NCBI GenBank assembly: GCA_016932045.1
Contig: JAFGDO010000023.1
Coordinates: 42,337 to 106,336, forward strand
Direction: 5' to 3'
From: Candidatus Dojkabacteria bacterium
Lineage (GTDB): Bacteria; Patescibacteriota; Dojkabacteria; JAHIVN01
DNA length: 64,000 nucleotides
Part shown: piece by piece, positions 59,853-64,000 of the stretch
Position numbering within the stretch: position 1 is the first letter of the stretch
Layout: every line of letters begins with the position of its first letter
Made by a program: the position numbers and the translations under genes
Notes under the pieces: generated by a model
What the model was told of the DNA's origin: nothing
The model's database searches: none
The model's input: the letters and a program-made list of their open reading frames with translations, nothing else

Positions 59853-59881
59853 TTGACAGCTAGAGGAATTTTTTCTATTAT
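59853..59881 (+). promoter_or_regulatory. Sigma70-type promoter
   Basis: TTGACA-N17-TATTAT. Confidence 0.7.
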
Positions 59882-59887
59882 AAGAGT

Positions 59888-60033
59888 GTGATAATGAAAC
59901 AATTATCACGGGGCAACTTATTGCCTTGAGAGGATCTTATGAAGCGGCTTGGTGTAAACTGCTTCTTGAGTAAGTCTCTGCAGATAGACTTACTTGAAAG
60001 GTACTTATTGATAAAAACTCGAGAATAAGTACT
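59888..60033 (+). ncRNA. Candidate structured RNA or leader with five consecutive hairpins
   Basis: Stems at 59888-59909, 59910-59927, 59941-59965, 59966-59997 and 60000-60033, starting 7 nt after the -10 box. Confidence 0.5.
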
Positions 60034-60073
60034 ACAAAACACAAAAAGCACTGCCTAATATTTTTACGTCTTT

Positions 60074-62566
60074 TTGCAGAACTGCCCTATGAGAGGATCA
60101 AATAGTGATATGTTTGTAGTTCCCCTTTTAAAGTTAGGGGAGGTGGGTATAGAGTCAATTGGTACAAAAGCCTACAATTTAGGGCGGCTTTTATCTTTGC
60201 GGCTTCCTGTGCCTAATGGTTTCGTTATCACAACGTCGGCTTTAGGTCAGATATTTTCTAATCAAAAACTTGATGAACTAATTTCTCGAGAGCTTGTTGG
60301 TGTTGATCTTTCTGATAGCATAAGGCTTGAGAATGCCTCAAAGAAAATTCGAAGCAGTATCTTGAAGGTGAAGATCGGAAAGGATTTAGAAAGTGAGATA
60401 AAACGTGCCTATGCTTCACTATCAGGTTTCGCTGATGCGTTTGTAGCTGTTAGAAGTTCATTCCCATTTTCTGATCCCAAAAAGGATGCTTTTGCTGGGC
60501 AGTATTCTGCATTCTTGAATGTAAAAGGGAAGAATGATCTGATTGAGAAGGTTAAGTATTGTTGGGCTTCCCTATATTCACCTCAAAATATATTTTATGC
60601 TGCGAATCGCAGTTTAGATATTTCTTCACTTCGAATTGCCGTTGTGGTTCAAAAGATGGTTCAGGCTGAAGCCAGTGGTGTGATGTTTACTTTAAATCCT
60701 ATTGATAATGACGAAAGCAAGATCGTAATAGAATGTGTTTTGGGCCTAGGGGAAGCTCTAGCAAATGGACAGCTTTCACCGGATAACTATGTCGTTGAAA
60801 AGGAGACAGAAGAGATACTAGAGAAGAAGATTGTTCCACAAGAGTGGATGTTAGTACGCAAAGGAAAAACTAAAAGGGGTGAGGATCCAAATGTAAAAGT
60901 AAAGATGGGTGGTGTATGGAAAGTAAGGCAGAAGTTAGAAAATAAATATATTAGAAAACTTGTAAAGATCGGAAAGCTAGTTGAAGAAACTTTTGGTGTG
61001 CCCCAAGATGTTGAGTGGGCATATGAGGGGGGTGGAGTTTGGATTGTTCAGACGAGGCCGGTACCTACTTTATCCATAGAGGAGGATTCATGGAAAAAAA
61101 CGCCTACTTATTCGGCTCTGAGGGCGAAAGTAGAAAGTGGTAAATCTGTAAAGGAGGATGTAGTTCTAGAGCAACAGGTCGTTGATGATGGCGTGAGTTC
61201 GTCTCCAAAAGACTTGCGTGTTCTTATTAATGGAAGGGTTACGAACGGTGGAATGGTAAGCGGTGTTGTAAAAATCATTAACTCTCCAGCTGATCTATCT
61301 TCAGTTCAGGATGGTAATGTCATAGTGACGACACGGATTTCACCTGAGTTTGAAGGTAAACTAAAAAAAGTTGTGGCCATAATTACTGACGAACCAAGCA
61401 GTGATTCGTATGAGACAATTATGGCAAGAGGACTGGGAGTCCCTTGTATAGTTGAGACGCAGATTGCGACAAAAATTTTGCGTAACGGCGAGTACGTAAC
61501 TGTAAATGGTGACACAGGGGAGGTATTTGCAGGTGCATCTGATAAAGGACTGATCGAAGCCGAAAGAGTTATCCAAAAGAGAAAGAGTATTGAAGCTGCA
61601 AAAGTTGTTCCTGTAAAGGGGCAAGAAGCTACAAAATCTAATAGTGGTGAAACTAAATACAAAACTGCCACTAAAATTATGGTGTACTTAAATGATCCCA
61701 ATCTTTCTCCAAGTCTAGCGGAACAACAAGTGGATGGAGTAGGCATTTTTGATCCTAAAGAGATAATAAAAAATTTTGGTGTACATCCACGATTAACCTT
61801 GGAAAAGAAGAAAGCTAAAGGCCAGATTATGAATGCCTTGACTTTAGGGCTCTTTCGGGTCGCAAGATCTTTTGAACCAAGGCCTGTAATCTATAAAATA
61901 TCAGATTTGAGTCCAAATAATTATTACAGCCTAAAAGGGGGAAATGAACTAGAAACAACCGAGATAAATCCGATATTGGGTTTCAGGGGAGCTAGCAGAT
62001 TTATAGTACATCAAGATGAGCTTGAACTTGAGCTTGAAGCAGTTCGGACTATAAGAAATAAGGAAAGTATACGTAATGTTTGGGTAACTATTCCGTATGT
62101 TCGAACATTAGAAGAATTTAGAGAAATGAAAAGTACGATCTCAGCAAAGGGTATTAAGAGGTCATCGACTTTTAAGCTATTTTTACTTGTTCAGATCCCT
62201 TCTACTGTAATTCGGTTAGACCAGATTATTGACCAGGGATTAGATGGAGTAATTATCGATCTTGATATGATGACGCAGCTATTTTTAGGATTTGATAAAT
62301 ACAACCCTAAAATCGGTTCAAATTATAAGGATACACATCCCGCAGTTTTATGGGCAATCGAAAGAGTAATAAAGGAATGCAATAAGGCAAAGATACAGTC
62401 TCTCATTTATGGACGAGCTATTGCATCATCCCAGAAACTAATAGACAACCTCGTTAATTGGGGTGTAAATGCGATTGTCGTCGATGCCGAGGGAGTTGAG
62501 CAAGTACGAAAGAGTGTGTATGATGCTGAAAAGAGCCTTATACTTCAAAGGAAAAGAAATAGATAG
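60074..62566 (+). CDS. PEP synthase (PpsA) homolog, apparently catalytically degenerate (likely ATG 60089 or 60110)
   Basis: VPNGFVIT, VRSS, FAGQ, SGVMFT, DVEWA, NPILGFRGASR; phospho-His motif altered. Confidence 0.88.
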   Translation: MQNCPMRGSNSDMFVVPLLKLGEVGIESIGTKAYNLGRLLSLRLPVPNGFVITTSALGQIFSNQKLDELISRELVGVDLSDSIRLENASKKIRSSILKVKIGKDLESEIKRAYASLSGFADAFVAVRSSFPFSDPKKDAFAGQYSAFLNVKGKNDLIEKVKYCWASLYSPQNIFYAANRSLDISSLRIAVVVQKMVQAEASGVMFTLNPIDNDESKIVIECVLGLGEALANGQLSPDNYVVEKETEEILEKKIVPQEWMLVRKGKTKRGEDPNVKVKMGGVWKVRQKLENKYIRKLVKIGKLVEETFGVPQDVEWAYEGGGVWIVQTRPVPTLSIEEDSWKKTPTYSALRAKVESGKSVKEDVVLEQQVVDDGVSSSPKDLRVLINGRVTNGGMVSGVVKIINSPADLSSVQDGNVIVTTRISPEFEGKLKKVVAIITDEPSSDSYETIMARGLGVPCIVETQIATKILRNGEYVTVNGDTGEVFAGASDKGLIEAERVIQKRKSIEAAKVVPVKGQEATKSNSGETKYKTATKIMVYLNDPNLSPSLAEQQVDGVGIFDPKEIIKNFGVHPRLTLEKKKAKGQIMNALTLGLFRVARSFEPRPVIYKISDLSPNNYYSLKGGNELETTEINPILGFRGASRFIVHQDELELELEAVRTIRNKESIRNVWVTIPYVRTLEEFREMKSTISAKGIKRSSTFKLFLLVQIPSTVIRLDQIIDQGLDGVIIDLDMMTQLFLGFDKYNPKIGSNYKDTHPAVLWAIERVIKECNKAKIQSLIYGRAIASSQKLIDNLVNWGVNAIVVDAEGVEQVRKSVYDAEKSLILQRKRNR

Positions 62567-62722
62567 TTCTCCTTCTAACAGAGCTAGTTTCATTACTAAT
62601 CCTCTTGTTTAATATTACCTAGCAATTATTATCTTGTGCTCATGCTTTCAATGATTTTCTAATCACTATAAAATTATGATAATATTAAATAAGTAAGGGT
62701 TATTACAAAAGTATCTTGTCAT

Positions 62723-63205
62723 ATGTCTAGCATCAAAAATACTTTGAAGGAAGTTGCAAACTTTGGACTCACATCGGGAGTTATGACGTGTCTTGGATTG
62801 ATGGTAGGAATTAATGCGGGCGTTCAGTCAAAGGTGCTCGTGATTGGCAGTGTACTAACAGTTGCTGTTGCTGACTCTTTATCAGATGCTTTGGGTATGC
62901 ATATTTCAGAGGAGGCAGAAAATATCAAGCCTGGAAAAGAACTGTGGAGTGCAACTCTTGTCACATTTATCACCAAATTTTCCATGGGAATTACTTTTCT
63001 TTTCCCGCTTTTGATACTTGAACTTTCTGTAGCAATTATTGTAAATGTAGTCTGGGGGTTTCTTGTTATTCTTGTCTTAAGTTATAGAATTTCAAAAGAC
63101 CAGAAAAGAAGAAGTATGTCAGTAATATTTGAACATTTAGCTATCGCGATACTTGTTTTAGTTATAGCACAGCTTATAGGTAGTTGGATAAATAGTGAGC
63201 TGTGA
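62723..63205 (+). CDS. VIT1/CCC1-like membrane protein
   Basis: FGLTSG...LGL.VG, ADSLSDALGMHISEEAE. Confidence 0.7.
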   Translation: MSSIKNTLKEVANFGLTSGVMTCLGLMVGINAGVQSKVLVIGSVLTVAVADSLSDALGMHISEEAENIKPGKELWSATLVTFITKFSMGITFLFPLLILELSVAIIVNVVWGFLVILVLSYRISKDQKRRSMSVIFEHLAIAILVLVIAQLIGSWINSEL

Positions 63206-63234
63206 TAATAATTTTAAATCTAGTGAGTATAGTT

Positions 63235-63438
63235 ATGACGGAAAATCTAACAGAGGGTCTCCAAGTTGAAGTTGCAATGTTTAAGGGGGCACTTGAGTCA
63301 ATGATGAGGCGATAAGTTAGTTTTTCGGAAGTGTCGGCCTCATATGCCTCGTTGGTAGAACAATATGGTCAAAGTGTGGTGGATGCAGAGTTACAAGCTC
63401 AGGGGGTTCAAATTGGAGGTTTAAATCTCCATTCATAA
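63235..63438 (+). pseudogene. Possible small gene with one in-frame stop
   Basis: MTENLTEGLQVEVAMFKGALESMMRR*VSFSEVSASYASLVEQYGQSVVDAELQAQGVQIGGLNLHS*. Confidence 0.35.
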
Positions 63439-63509
63439 TAATTTGAAGTATAGCCCTGTCGCACAACAAAAGTTTATTAAATAAAGATTGTTAAATATTT
63501 AGAAAGTTA

Positions 63510-63971
63510 CTAGATGATTAAGTATTTCTCATAATCCTTCACAACGGGTCCCTTTTTCGTCCCACTTGGAACTATTTTAAAGCCTTCTTCTTTTAGATAC
63601 TTATCCTGTGGGAATATATTTCCTAAGTATTTATCATAAAGAAAACCTTTTGGGGGTTTTACGACTCTCCAGTAAGGTGCAACATCCTTCTTCCCTTTTC
63701 CCATCTCCATTTGTTCTTCAGCAACATTCGCTACAATGGAAGTGAAGATACCTGTTGTTAAAGGACAGGTAAAGTCGACTTTGTACTTTTTGGAAAGTTT
63801 ATCTGCGATTTGTTTAGTTGTCATCAACTTCCCTTTTGGAATTCTTCTGATGATCTTTTCTATTTCCTTTGGTGTTGAGATATACATCATACCTTTAGGG
63901 GTTCGCTTCCTTATGCACCCCTTAGAATTTGCCTCTTCTGCTTTTTGAGCCCAGGATTTTTTAGTTGCCAT
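63510..63971 (-). CDS. MGMT/alkyltransferase-like DNA-binding protein
   Basis: IRRIPKGKLMT, CPLTTGIF, PYWRVV (PCHR active site not conserved). Confidence 0.75.
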   Translation of the reverse strand: MATKKSWAQKAEEANSKGCIRKRTPKGMMYISTPKEIEKIIRRIPKGKLMTTKQIADKLSKKYKVDFTCPLTTGIFTSIVANVAEEQMEMGKGKKDVAPYWRVVKPPKGFLYDKYLGNIFPQDKYLKEEGFKIVPSGTKKGPVVKDYEKYLII

Positions 63972-64000
63972 GAAAGAAAGGTAAAAAGTATAAAGTATTA

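Noticed and set aside
1-64000. Alternative genetic code (TGA as Gly or Trp)
   Set aside because: polX, rplO, greA and secA end at TGA at their expected C-termini, and conserved genes are not interrupted by TGA

Overview
Core chromosomal window of an AT-rich bacterium that reads as Patescibacteria/CPR. Supporting signs are no L30 gene between S5 and L15, rplQ-rplM-rpsI contiguous, a CPR-type PrgI/VirB4 cluster and few Shine-Dalgarno sites. A finer placement in the Dojkabacteria/Microgenomates area is a guess. The genetic code is 11, since TGA terminates clear genes. Contents in order: 3' end of rtcB, folC, polX, Fe-S genes, fusA-tuf, the full S10-spc-alpha ribosomal cluster (including an rpmJ missing from the ORF track), a methyltransferase behind an attenuator-like leader, envelope genes, greA, a DUF3795-like pseudogene, a PrgI/VirB4 cluster, HPF, two PimA-like glycosyltransferases, thpR, secA, a Cys-rich surface protein, RNase P RNA, gltX, a transglutaminase, a Kef-type antiporter and a PEP-synthase homolog. 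No CRISPR, tRNA, rRNA or transposase was seen. Most notable: (1) L4 fused to an RNA polymerase alpha-CTD-like domain, with an attenuator-like structure between rpsJ and rplC; (2) a 608-nt RNase P RNA inflated by REP-like hairpin repeats; (3) a promoter-leader-terminator module with an SD-led Met-Lys micro-uORF before a methyltransferase; (4) a PEP synthase homolog lacking its catalytic residues, behind a five-hairpin RNA; (5) an EF-Tu with non-canonical switch I and G4 motifs. All family calls come from motifs read by eye, not from database searches.
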